Below, piece after piece: positions 1 through 13,300 of a DNA stretch of 64,000 bases (its first letter is position 1; each line of letters starts with the position of its first letter). The position numbers and the translations under genes are program-made. The DNA lies in contig CM022678.1 in the NCBI GenBank assembly GCA_012295275.1, forward strand, positions 13,330,001 to 13,394,000, read 5' to 3'. The notes below the pieces were generated by a model. It was not told where the DNA came from. It ran no database searches and saw nothing but the letters and a program-made list of their open reading frames with translations. Source of the DNA: Chrysomallon squamiferum. Taxonomy: Eukaryota > Animalia > Mollusca.

Positions 1-299
1 TGTTCTACTAATATGCCTTGGAGGAAGGAACTTCCTTTCTCCAATGAATATGCACACATTCAAAGTCCACCAATCAGTGGCGGCCACCAACCTTTGCACC
101 TTTCGCTCAAGGTCGATCAGTTGCCCATGAGACGTCAGTGTGATAGGTTGTGTGTGTGGTGTTGTTCCGCACTGGTCATCTGTGCGTGTGCGTAATGCCG
201 ATTGCCGAATTTTCTTCGCTGTGTTTTAAATTACTGTCATTCTTAAACACTTATTAGTAAAGAGATGTAGCTAACTAGGTGTATTTAGTTAAGAAATTA

Positions 300-1117
300 T
301 GCTAGTTAGAACAGACTTTGCAAATATTTAACAGAAATATTTGGTCAACTTAATATTGTGAACAGTAGTATGCAAGGTCGAAACGAAAATATTCTAACTT
401 CGACAGATAAGTTGGTTGCCCTTGAAAAGAAAATTGTTATTTGGAAAAACAGAGCAAAGTTGGGTGAGTTTGATGTTTCCTACAATGTGTACTAACTGCA
501 CTAAAGAAATGATCCCTATCGTGGTTGAGCATCTGACAGCGCTCGAAGAAAACATCGACCACTACTTTCCGTCGCTGAACACTGAAAAGTACGACTGGGT
601 TCGTAATCCTTTTGTAGATGTTCCTTCTAATATTGGGTTTAAATTATGTGAAGAAGAAGAATTGGCTACCATTTCAAGTGACCGCAGTCTTAAAATGAAG
701 CATTCTGGGGTAGATATCGACACCTTTTGGATTTCAATACAAAAGGAATTTCCCGCATTAGCTGAAAAAGCCCTGTTAGTTCTTTTACAATTCTCTACTT
801 CTTATTTGTGTGAATTGGGCTTTTCAACCTTAAATAATATAAAAAATAAGAAGAGAGAAAGACTACTTTCCACTGAAGAAGAAATGAGAGTTTGCTTATC
901 GCACATACGACCAAATATTCAAGAAGTCATAAGACAACACCAGGCACAAGTTTCACACTAGGTAAGTGGCAATTCTGGGATACTAACATAATAAACTGTA
1001 TCAGACAAGTCCATATATATATTTTTTAATTTATTTTACGATTTCATATTTAAAATTATTTAAAATTATTACTGTGTCGTAGGTGTGTCGAGAGTAAAAA
1101 AAGGTTGAGAAACACTG
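300..1117 (+). mobile_element. Defective hAT (Buster/FAM200/ZBED5-like) DNA transposon, 3' part of transposase plus right TIR; lies in an ERICH3 intron
   Basis: ORF 416..961 has hAT dimerization-domain motifs (WVRNPF, FW..I.KEFP.L, FSTSYLCELGFS, terminal QAQVSH*); frameshifted upstream part (..FGQLN..SMQGRN..) from ~300; terminal AGGTTGAGAAACACTG ends at 1117, followed by TGTTAGAT (nnnTAnnn-type target site). Left end not identifiable in window. Confidence 0.88.
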
Positions 1118-1354
1118 TGTTAGATAATGAACAAAGGTGAAATATCAAACATAAAATTGCAGTGAAAGTGAAAACAAATTAAATAGATGTTAAATTATTT
1201 CTAAAACGTTTTATAAAACATTCTAGAAACCATGTAAGACACCTTCTTACATTCCATCTGCAAACTGAAATTAATTTACATAAAAACTAAAGCTTTTTAA
1301 ATGTTAAAGCAAATCGTGAGTGCAATCCACTGCAAACAACACAGAGTTATCTAC

Positions 1355-4300
1355 CCTGGTTTGGTTTTGGTTTTTCTTGTTTCTCTCGCTGGGTTTCCTC
1401 TCCATCTGTTTCCACAGGAACCAGAACTGCTGTTTCTTTCTCTGTAAGGTGAATTTCATTGTTTGAAGCATTATAAACAAAAGGCTTTGTGTGTTTCAAA
1501 AACTGTTGAATCCTTATCTTAATAGACGTTTTGTATAAGGAACTAAAAGCTAATTTTTGCTATTAATAAAATAAAGCAATAAGCTAAAAATCTATACATT
1601 AAAAAGCCATTTTCAAAGGTTGTAATGTTGTTGTTTTTTTAAATGCTTATTTTATAAAGTGTATGGGTAAAAAATGTCAGGCTTTTTCTCTTTTTTTTTG
1701 CTGTAACAATTCAACTGCTGCGAAGAACATAGAAGCTGTTTAAGTTATTTGTAAAAGAAATAAAATATTTAACTTATAATCAGATACAAAAATATCTTGA
1801 TGAGAAAAAAATAATAGTAAGATGAAGGTTAGATAACATAATGATGATGATGATGATGATAAAAATAATAATATCTATAAAAATTATAATAACACAAAGG
1901 AAGAATTAAAGAATAGCAACAACAGCTGAGGCATTATCAAATACAACAGCAATAATAATAATAATAATAATAATAAATTATAAGAAAATATATATATTTA
2001 AAACAAAAGTTTTATCTTCTAATACGATAATTTGAAGAAAACAATTCTCTGCTAACCTTCTTCTTCCACATGTTTGGGTGCAGTTTTCTGCTCTGGAAAT
2101 TCCTCTTTAACAATGGTTACCTCTTCCCTTATTTCAGCGGCTTTCTCATCTACAACTGGTTTTGGTTTTCTTTTTTTACCACCCTTTTCCACCTGACACC
2201 TGTCATAGAAAAAGAAATAACAGTTTAGAAAATAGTATCAATATATTTGTAATCCTGATTAAAAAAGAGGTAAATACTGTTATTGTTTTTTGTTAATGTC
2301 ATTTGTGTTTGCTATTGTTATTATTAGTAGGATGTAGTAAGAATTGTAGAGGTTGTTGTAGTGGTAGTAGTAGTACTAATATTTTACTGTTGCAGTAGGA
2401 CTGGTAGTACTTCTAATAGTAGTGTTAGAAGCAGTAGCTTTGTAGTAAGAAGTACTGGAATAGTAGTATTGATAATATACTAGTAGTAATAATAAGATGG
2501 CAGGAGTAATTGGGTAGTAAAATGTAGTAAATGGCATAATGCAGAATTTTCAGTATAGAAAATGATAAAACAAATAAAATAAATGTTTTTACTTGTAACA
2601 GGGAGGTGCGTTGGCAACCTTGACGATGCTGAAGTGACCCTGTCGACCACCTAGACGTACACCTTTGTGATGTCGGTATTCACAACATGTACTCACTCTG
2701 CAGTCCTGTCGGCCATCCACATATATTGTCAGACTGAATGGGTAGCCATGATGTCGCTGAGATTCAAATGAAAATGTTTCTGGAATATAAATAAATATCA
2801 GATATAGTTAGTTTGTATTTAGGTAAATTATTTATATTTAATTTTCAAAACAATCACTGAAGTAGGAACTGTAATTATTCTTTTATTATTTTCACTTTAA
2901 TTTACAATCATGTTTACATGTATAAGAAAAAATATATTGACAAATGACTGAATGTTTGTTTAAACGTATTTCAATCTTTCTTTTAATTAGTGGTTACTAG
3001 TGCAAATATAACAATAAATAATTTGATGATGATGATAATAAAAATGAAGATGATGATGATAAAATGACAATGAACATGAACAATTCCAAATAATACTAAA
3101 TATACTAAACAACATAAAAATTATAAATTTATTTAAAGATAAATGAATACCCACAGTTAGATTGGGAAAAATTGTTGAATAAAAAAAATGGATCATGCAA
3201 GTTCCAAACTTCAGTTTAGCTCTAAAATATCTGATTTCCTAAGACAAAAGGGCATTTAACAAACTGGTTGGAATGGGAAGAGGTTTTAGAAATTTATTTA
3301 AAGATAAATGAATACCCACAGTTAGATTGGGAAAAATTGTTGAATAAAAAAAACGGATCATGCAAGTTCCAAACTTCAGTTTAGCTCTAAAATATCTGAT
3401 TTCCTAAGACAAAAGGGCATTTAACAAACTGGTTGGAATGGGAAGAGGTTTTAGAAAGTCACCTCCAGGTTTGAGTTTTCGCTTGACGACTGTGCGAGTG
3501 TTGCCACCACAGTGCTGCTGCTCTATGACGACCTCCTGCTGCGGGTCGACCTGCTCGCGCGCCAGGTGCAGCGCACACCCGTGGTACCTCATCTCCACAC
3601 TGGCTTTCATCGGTGTCGCGCTGGCATGTCTCATTGCAGGCTCATTGCGATGAAGTCGGACATAGGCCTAAATATAAAAACAACCTCTTAATAAACTTAT
3701 ATAAATTATTCCCTTCAGTCTTATATGTAAATAACTTTGTTATTACTCTATGAAAAAACACGGCAGTTAAGAAGAGATATATGTTATTAAAAAAGATATG
3801 TGCTTATATAAAGAAAATACATAAATTTCTCTTTTCATTTTTGTAACTACCAAACATTGTTAATACATCAAAATTGCAAAAATTATTATGTTTCATCAGA
3901 TATAACAACTTTAGCAATTAAGAATAGATTTATGCTGTGTAGAAAAGCTAAGTTATTAAGATAAGCTCAAATATAGAAAAATACATAAATTTCATAAGTA
4001 ACTTTGTTAGTATCAGCATTGTGAAAAGTTACTGTTTTATTTCATTAGATACAACAACTAAGAGTAGATTTATGCTCTACATAAAAGCGATGTCAATAAG
4101 AAAAAAGATTATAATTGTCAATCAGTAATTTCAGTAGGTGGCAATTAATCTGTAGTCTTTTTATAAATAAAACTATAATTTTTTATTCAATGCCATATTT
4201 AATCTCAGATTTTCATTTTCAAGTTGTTAAACAGGATAATATTTGAATCTAATTCCTCATATACTTTTGGTTATTAATAAAGCCATCATTTTCTTAAAAT

Positions 4301-7300
4301 TTTATGGGGTCTTTTCTGAAAACATTTCAGTTATTTATATTTAGATTAAATATTTGCAACATTTTGTTCATGATATGTGTTATAAAACAAAAGATTTGTT
4401 TTGTTTGTTTCTTTTTCATTATCTTTAATGAAAATTCTGAATGTCAAAACATTTCTGATATATAAATATCTCTTGTGAGTAGTTTTCTTTATAAACATTT
4501 TTAATATCACTCATGAAAACCATTGTCATAATAAAACAAATAAAACTAATTTACATGTGCAGAAGTTGTTCGCCGTGGAGATTTTTCAGCACTGCCAGAA
4601 CGAGATCGAACAGTTCGAGGTCGTGCATTGTGTCCAACTCTTGGTGAAACTGGGGGGATAGGGACCTGGGGCACGAGGTAAGGGGAGGGATGTCCAAACC
4701 CTTGTTCATACTGTGCTAGATTCATTGCATAACGACGCAGTGCCTTGAGGTCAAGCTGAAAAGCAATTTTTGATTTAAAAAGCAAATAAAAATAAGTGAA
4801 TTAATAAAGTTACCTGAATATCTTTTTCAGTAAGGAATAATTAAACACATGTACAACATACAGCATAAACATCTAGATTTAATAGTTACAGCATACATGT
4901 CTAGATTTAATAATTACAGAATACATGTCTAGATTTAATACAGTATACACATGTCTAGATTTAATAAAGATATGTCTTAGTTTAAATACTTACAGTATAC
5001 ACATGACTAGATTTAATTCTTACAGTATACATGTCTAGATTTAATACTTACAGATATGTCTTAGTTTAAATACTTACAGTATACACATGACTAGATTTAA
5101 TACTTACACTATACATGTCTAGATTTAATACTTACAGATATGTCTTAGTTTAAATACTTACAGTATACACGTCTAGATTTAATACTTACACTATACATGT
5201 CTAGATTTAATACTTACAGATATGTCTTAGTTTAAATACTTACAGTATACACATGACTAGATTTAATTCTTACAGTATACATGTCTAGATTTAATACTTA
5301 CAGATATGTCTTAGTTTAAATACTTACAGTATACACATGACTAGATTTAATTCTTACAGTATACATGTCTAGATTTAATACTTACAGATATGTCTTAGTT
5401 TAAATACTTACAGTATACACATGACTAGATTTAATTCTTACAGTATACATGTCTAGATTTAATACTTACAGCTATGTCTTAGTTTAAATACTTACAGTAT
5501 ACACATGACTAGATTTAATACTTACAGCTATGTCTTAGTTTAAATACTTACAGTATACACATGACTATACACATGACTAGATTTAATACTTACAGCTATG
5601 TCTTAGTTTAAATACTTACAGTATACACATGACTAGATTTAATACTTACAGCTATGTCTTAGTTTAAATACTTACAGTATACACATGACTAGATTTAATA
5701 CTTACAGATATGTCTTAGTTTAAATACTTACAGTATACACATGACTAGATTTAATTCTTACAGTATACATGTCTAGATTTAATACTTACAGATATGTCTT
5801 AGTTTAAATACTTACAGTATACACATGACTAGATTTAATTCTTACAGTATACATGTCTAGATTTAATACTTACAGCTATGTCTTAGTTTAAATACTTACA
5901 GTATACACATGACTAGATTTAATACTTACAGCTATGTCTTAGTTTAAATACTTACAATATACACATGACTAGATTTAATTCTTACAGTATACATGTCTAG
6001 ATTTAATACTTACAGCTATGTCTTAGTTTAAATACTTTTTAAATTTAATACTTACAGTATACACATGACTAGATTTAATACTTACAGCTATGTCTTAGTT
6101 TAAATACTTACAGTATACACATGTCTAGATTTAATACTTACAGCTATGTCTTAGTTTAAATACTTACAGTATACACATGACTAGATTTAATACTTACAGC
6201 TATGTCTTAGTTTAAATACTTACAGTATACACATGACTAGATTTAATACTTACACTATACATGTCTAGATTTAATACTTACAGCTATGTCTTAGTTTAAA
6301 TACTTACAGTATACACATGACTAGATTTAATACTTACAGTATACACGTCTAGATTTAATACTTACACTATACATGTCTAGATTTAATACTTACAGCTATG
6401 TCTTAGTTTAAATACTTACAGTATACACATGACTAGATTTAATTCTTACAGCATACATATGTCTAGATTTAATACTTACAGCTATGTCTTAGTTTAAATA
6501 CTTACAGTATACACATGACTAGATTTAATTCTTACAGCATACATATGTCTAGATTTAATACTTACACTATACATGTCTAGATTTAATACTTACAGCTATG
6601 TCTTAGTTTAAATACTTACAGTATACACATGACTAGATTTAATTCTTACAGCATACATATGTCTAGATTTAATACTTACAGCTATGTCTTAGTTTAAATA
6701 CTTACAGTATACACATGACTAGATTTAATTCTTACAGCATACACATGTCTAGATTTAATACTTACAGCTATGTCTTAGTTTAAATACTTACAGTATACAC
6801 ATGACTAGATTTAATACTTACACTATACATGTCTAGATTTAATACTTACACTACACATGTCTAGATTTAATACTTACAGTATACATGTCTAGATTTAATA
6901 CTTACACTACACATAACTAGATTTAATACTTACACTACACATGTCTAGATTTAATACTTACACTACACATGTCTAGATTTAATACTTACACTACACATAA
7001 CTAGATTTAATACTTACACTACACATGTCTAGATTTAATACTTACACTACACATGTCTAGATTTAATACTTACACTACACATGTCTAGATTTAATACTTA
7101 CACTACACATGTCTAGATTTAATACTTACACTACACATGTCTAGATTTAATACTTACACTACACATAACTAGATTTAATACTTACACTACACATGTCTAG
7201 ATTTAATACTTACACTACACATGTCTAGATTTTAATACTTTACACTACACATGTCTAGATTTAATACTTACACTACACATAACTAGATTTAATACTTACA

Positions 7301-10300
7301 CTACACATAACTAGATTTAATACTTACACTACACATGTCTAGATTTAATACTTACACTACACATGTCTAGATTTAACACATGACTAGATTTAATACTTAC
7401 AGTATACACATGTCTAGATTTAATACTTACACTACACATGTCTAGATTTAATACTTACACTACACATGTCTAGATTTAATACTTACACTACACATAACTA
7501 GATTTAATACTTACACTACACATGTCTAGATTTAATACTTACACTACACATGACTAGATTTAATACTTACAGTATACACATGTCTAGATTTAATACTTAC
7601 ACTACACATGTCTAGATTTAATACTTACACTACACATAACTAGATTTAATACTTACACTACACATGACTAGATTTAATACTTACAGTATACACATGTCTA
7701 GATTTAATACTTACACTACACATGACTAGATTTAATACTTACAGTATACACATGTCTAGATTTAATACTTACACTACACATGTCTAGATTTAATACTTAC
7801 ACTACACATGTCTAGATTTAATACTTACACTACACATAACTAGATTTAATACTTACACTACACATGTCTAGATTTAATACTTACAGTATACACATGTCTA
7901 GATTTAATACTTACAGTATACGCATGTCTAGATTCAACATCTTGCTGCATTGCCCGACTCTTACGAACTGAACGATCATGTCCCTGGAATGTTATTGGTT
8001 GTCCTTCATCATCAACATAAATAATCTGTAATAATAATAATATTAATAATTTGAGTAAAACAACAACAGTGACAACATCAATTACAATAATGAGAAAATA
8101 ATGACAACAATAATGAAATAAAATAATACTGATCGGAACAAGACTAGGAAATAGAAGGGTCATAATGAATTGCGGTAGTAGAAGTAGTTGTAATAATACT
8201 AGTATAGCAGTAGCAGATGTTGTTGTAATAGCAGAAGCTGTAGTAATAGTTGTAAATAATAACAGTAGCAGTAACTGTACAAGCTCTAGAAGTAGTGTTT
8301 GCAATACTATTAATAACACAGCTGATACTAAATAACAATTATTACTGCTTATAATATCATATAATTCAAATTCTAACTATACAAGCTCTAAAAGTAGTGT
8401 TTACAATATTACTAATAACACAAGTGATACTAAATAACAATTATTACTGCTTATAATATCATATAATTCAAATTCTAACAAACTATTAAGATAAATTTAT
8501 TGTTTGGTACATAAGATAGGTCCTCAGTTAAAAATCGAATTACAAATATTCATCAACAGATTTTTAAGTCAATAAAACAAATCTAAAATACAAATGGAAC
8601 ACATATTTAAAATCACCAACTTTCAGTTAATAATATTTATATGAAGCAAAATATATGTTTTTAATTGTAGTGTTATTTAAACACAATGTTCTAACACAAG
8701 CATGCAAAAAAACACATATGGCTGTAAATGTTATTCAAAAATGTGAAGAAAAAAATAAAATAAAATAAAAACAACAAAACAAAATAAAAGATTGTTTGTT
8801 CTTTCTCAAACAAACATAAGGACACAGACATAGAAAAAAATATCTATGTGTTCAAAATCATTCCTCTGGGAGAAAAAAATCCAAAATAACAGCATAATAA
8901 TATGACTAATCAGTAATATTTAACTTGTATATTTACCATTGCATATCATCCAATATCTAAATTATATTTTTATTTTTATTTTTAAAATTATTTAAGAAAT
9001 AAGTATTATCCCATTTTTATATATAAAATAAATAAATAAAAACATTCCAATAGGAAAAAAAAAACAAAAAAACATTAACCAATAATATTTAATTTGTATG
9101 CCTATTCTTGCCTGTCATCCAGTGTCTAAACCACAATTTTATGCTGTGGTTTGACTGAACAACATTCATTCATTAATTCATTATAAATAACAGTGTTAAA
9201 ATCTCTAGAGAATTTTGCCTCTACATTACTGGAACTATCTGTGGAAACACTTATAATTAATCAATGTTTAAGAATTACATCAGCTGCCATTTTTGAAAAA
9301 ACACTCAAGAGATGCACTCACTCACACAGAAAGATAAATATTTTAAAAAACAAATAGCATGTTCAAATCACCATTTATGTAGTGATTGTTTGAGGCAATA
9401 AAGATCAATAAAAACATTAGTGAATAATTCTGTAGATCGATCCGGCAAATATTTTAACAGACAAATAATATAAAATAAAATTACTGCATTCTCATTGTAT
9501 AAAATGGGGTAAATTTTACATAGATTTTTTGAAGAAATTAATTAATGACCAAGGTCTTTTATTGGACAAAATAATATTTTTATAATATTAAAAATTGGTT
9601 ATAAATTTTTTAAAGTTGTTACTGATGTGAGAAAACAGATGAAATTTTGTGTAATGTTTTTACTTTCAGTTTAGAACTACATTATGTTTTAGTGTCTGTT
9701 CCTTTTCTAAATAATTTATTTTTAATCATCATCATTATTCTTTTGTTTTTATTACTCTGGCTGTTGCCCTTTAACAGATGTGTACTATTACTTTCTGCTA
9801 CATCCACCTTGATTATATATCCACCACTTCTACAATATTACTGATATATCCACCTTGATTATATATCCACCAGGTCTACACTATCCCTGATATATCCACC
9901 TTGATTATATATCACCACTTCTACACTATCCCTAATATATCCACCTTGATTATATATCACCAGGTCTACACTATTCCTGCTACATCCACCTTGATTATAT
10001 ATCACCACTTCTACACTATTCCTGCTACATCCACCTTGATTATATATCACCACTTCTACACTATCCCTGATATATCCACCTTGATTATATATCACCACTT
10101 CTACACTATCCCTGATACATCCACCTTGATTATATATCCATCACTTTAGACTATCCCTGATACATCCACCTTGATTATATATCACCAGGTCTACACTATC
10201 CCTGATACATCCACCTTGATTATATATCTCCAGGTCTACACTGTCCCTGATATATCCACCTTGATTATATATCACCATTTCTACACTATCCCTGCTACAT

Positions 10301-13300
10301 CCACCTTGATTATATATCACCACTTCTACACTATCCCTGATACATCCACCTTGATTATATATCCATCAATTTACACTATCCCTGATATATCCACCTTGAT
10401 TATATATCCACCATTTCTACACTATTCCTGCTACATCCACCTTGATTATATATCACCAGGTCTACACTGTCCCTGATATATCCACCTTCATTATATATCC
10501 ACCACTTCTACACTATCCCTGGTATATCCACCTTGATTATATATCACCACTTCTACACTATCCCTGCTACATCCACCTTGATTATATATCACCACTTCTA
10601 CACTATTCCTGATACATCCACCTTGATTATATATCACCAGGTCTACACTATCCCTGCTACATCCACCTTCATTATATATCCATCACTTTACACTATCCCT
10701 GCTACATCCACCTTGATTATACATCCACCACTTCTACACTATCCCTGATATATCCACCTTGATTAAATATCACCACTTCTACACTATCCCTGATACATCC
10801 ACCTTGATTATATATCACCAGGTCTACACTGTCCCTGATATATCCACCTTGATTATATATCACCATTTCTACACTATTCCTGATACATCCACCTTGATTA
10901 TATATCACCACTTCTACACTATTCCTGATACATCCACCTTGATTATTTATCCACCACTTCTATACTATCCCTGCTACATCCACATTCATTATATATCCAC
11001 CACTTCTACACTATCCCTGCTACATCCACCTTGATTATATATCACCAGGTCTATGCTATTCCGGCTACATCCACCTTCATTATATATCACCAGGTCTACA
11101 CTATCCCTGCTACATCCACCTTGATTATATATCACCACTTCTACACTATCCCTGATACATCCACCTTGATTATATATCCATCAATTTACACTATCCCTGA
11201 TATATCCACCTTGATTATATATCACCAGGTCTACACTATTCCTACTACATCCACCTTGATTATATATCACCACTTCTACACTATTCCTGATATATCCACC
11301 TTGATTAAATATCACCACTTCTACACTATCCCTGATACATCCACCTTGATTATATATCACCAGGTCTACACTATCCCTGATACATCCACCTTGATTATAT
11401 ATCACCACTTTACACTATTCCTGATACATCCACCTTGATTATATATCACCACTTCTACACTATCCCTGATATATCCACCTTGATTAAATATCACCACTTC
11501 TACACTATCCCTGATACATCCACCTTGATTATATATCACCAGGTCTACACTATCCCTGATACATCCACCTTGATTATATATCACCAGGTCTACACTATCC
11601 CTGATACATCCACCTTGATTATATATCACCAGGTCTACACTATCCCTGATACATCCACCTTGATTATATATCACCAGGTCTACATTATCCCTGATATATC
11701 CACCTTGATTATATATCACCACTTCTACACTATTCCTGCTACATCCACCTTGATTATATATCACCACTTTACACTATCCCTGCTACATCCACCTTGATTA
11801 TATATCACCACTTCTACACTATCCCTGATATATCCACCTTGATTATATATCACCAGGTCTACACTATCCCTGATACATCCACCTTGATTATATATCACCA
11901 GGTCTACACTATCCCTGATATATCCACCTTGATTATATATCACCACTTCTACACTATCCCTGATACATCCACCTTGATTATATATCACCAGGTCTACACT
12001 ATCCCTGATACATCCATCTTGATTATATATCACCAGGTCTACGCTATTCCGGCTACATCCACCTTGATTATATATCACCAGGTCTACACTATCCCTGATA
12101 CATCCACCTTGATTATATATCACCACTTCTACACTATCCCTGATACATCCACCTTGATTATATATCCATCAATTTACACTATCCCTGATATATCCACCTT
12201 GATTATATATCCACCACTTCTACACTATCCCTGATACATCCACCTTGATTATATATCACCACTTTACACTATCCCTGATACATCCACCTTGATTATATAT
12301 CACCACTTCTACACTATCCCTGATACATCCACCTTGATTATATATCACCAGGTCTACACTATTCCTGATACATCCACCTTGATTATATATCACCACTTTA
12401 CACTATCCCTGATACATCCACCTTGATTATATATCACCACTTTACACTATCCCTGATACATCCACCTTGATTATATATCACCACTTCTACACTATCCCTG
12501 AAACATCCACCTTGATTATATATCACCAGGTCTACACTATCCCTGATACATCCACCTTGATTATATATCCATCAATTTACACTATCCCTGATATATCCAC
12601 CTTGATTATATATCCACCACTTCTACACTATCCCTGATACATCCACCTTGATTATATATCACCACTTTACACTATCCCTGATACATCCACCTTGATTATA
12701 TATCACCACTTTTACACTATCCCTGATACATCCACCTTGATTATATATCACCACTTCTACACTATCCCTGAAACATCCACCTTGATTATATATCACCAGG
12801 TCTACACTATCCCTGATACATCCACCTTGATTATATATCACCACTTCTACGCTATCCCTGATATATCCACCTTGATTATATATCCACCACTTTACACTAT
12901 CCCTGATATATCCACCTTGATTATATATCCACCACTTCTACACTATCCCTGATATATCCACCTTGATTATATATCACCACTTCTACACTATCCCTGATAC
13001 ATCCACCTTGATTATATATCCATCACTTTACACTATCCCTGATACATACACCTTGATTATATATCACCACTTTACACTATTCCTGATACATCCACCTTGA
13101 TTATATATCACCACTTCTACACTATCCCTGATATATCCACCTTGATTAAATATCACCACTTCTACACTATCCCTGATACATCCACCTTGATTATATATCA
13201 CCAGGTCTACACTGTCCCTGATACATCCATCTTGATTATATATCACCAGGTCTACGCTATTCCGGCTACATCCACCTTGATTATATATCACAAGGTCTAC

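Noticed and set aside
4855-7933. CRISPR-like repeat array
   Set aside because: No unique spacers; unit is explained by the adjacent exon junction.
7858-8319. 153-aa hydrophobic membrane protein ORF
   Set aside because: Mostly low-complexity trinucleotide intron; only 8025-7915 is a real exon.
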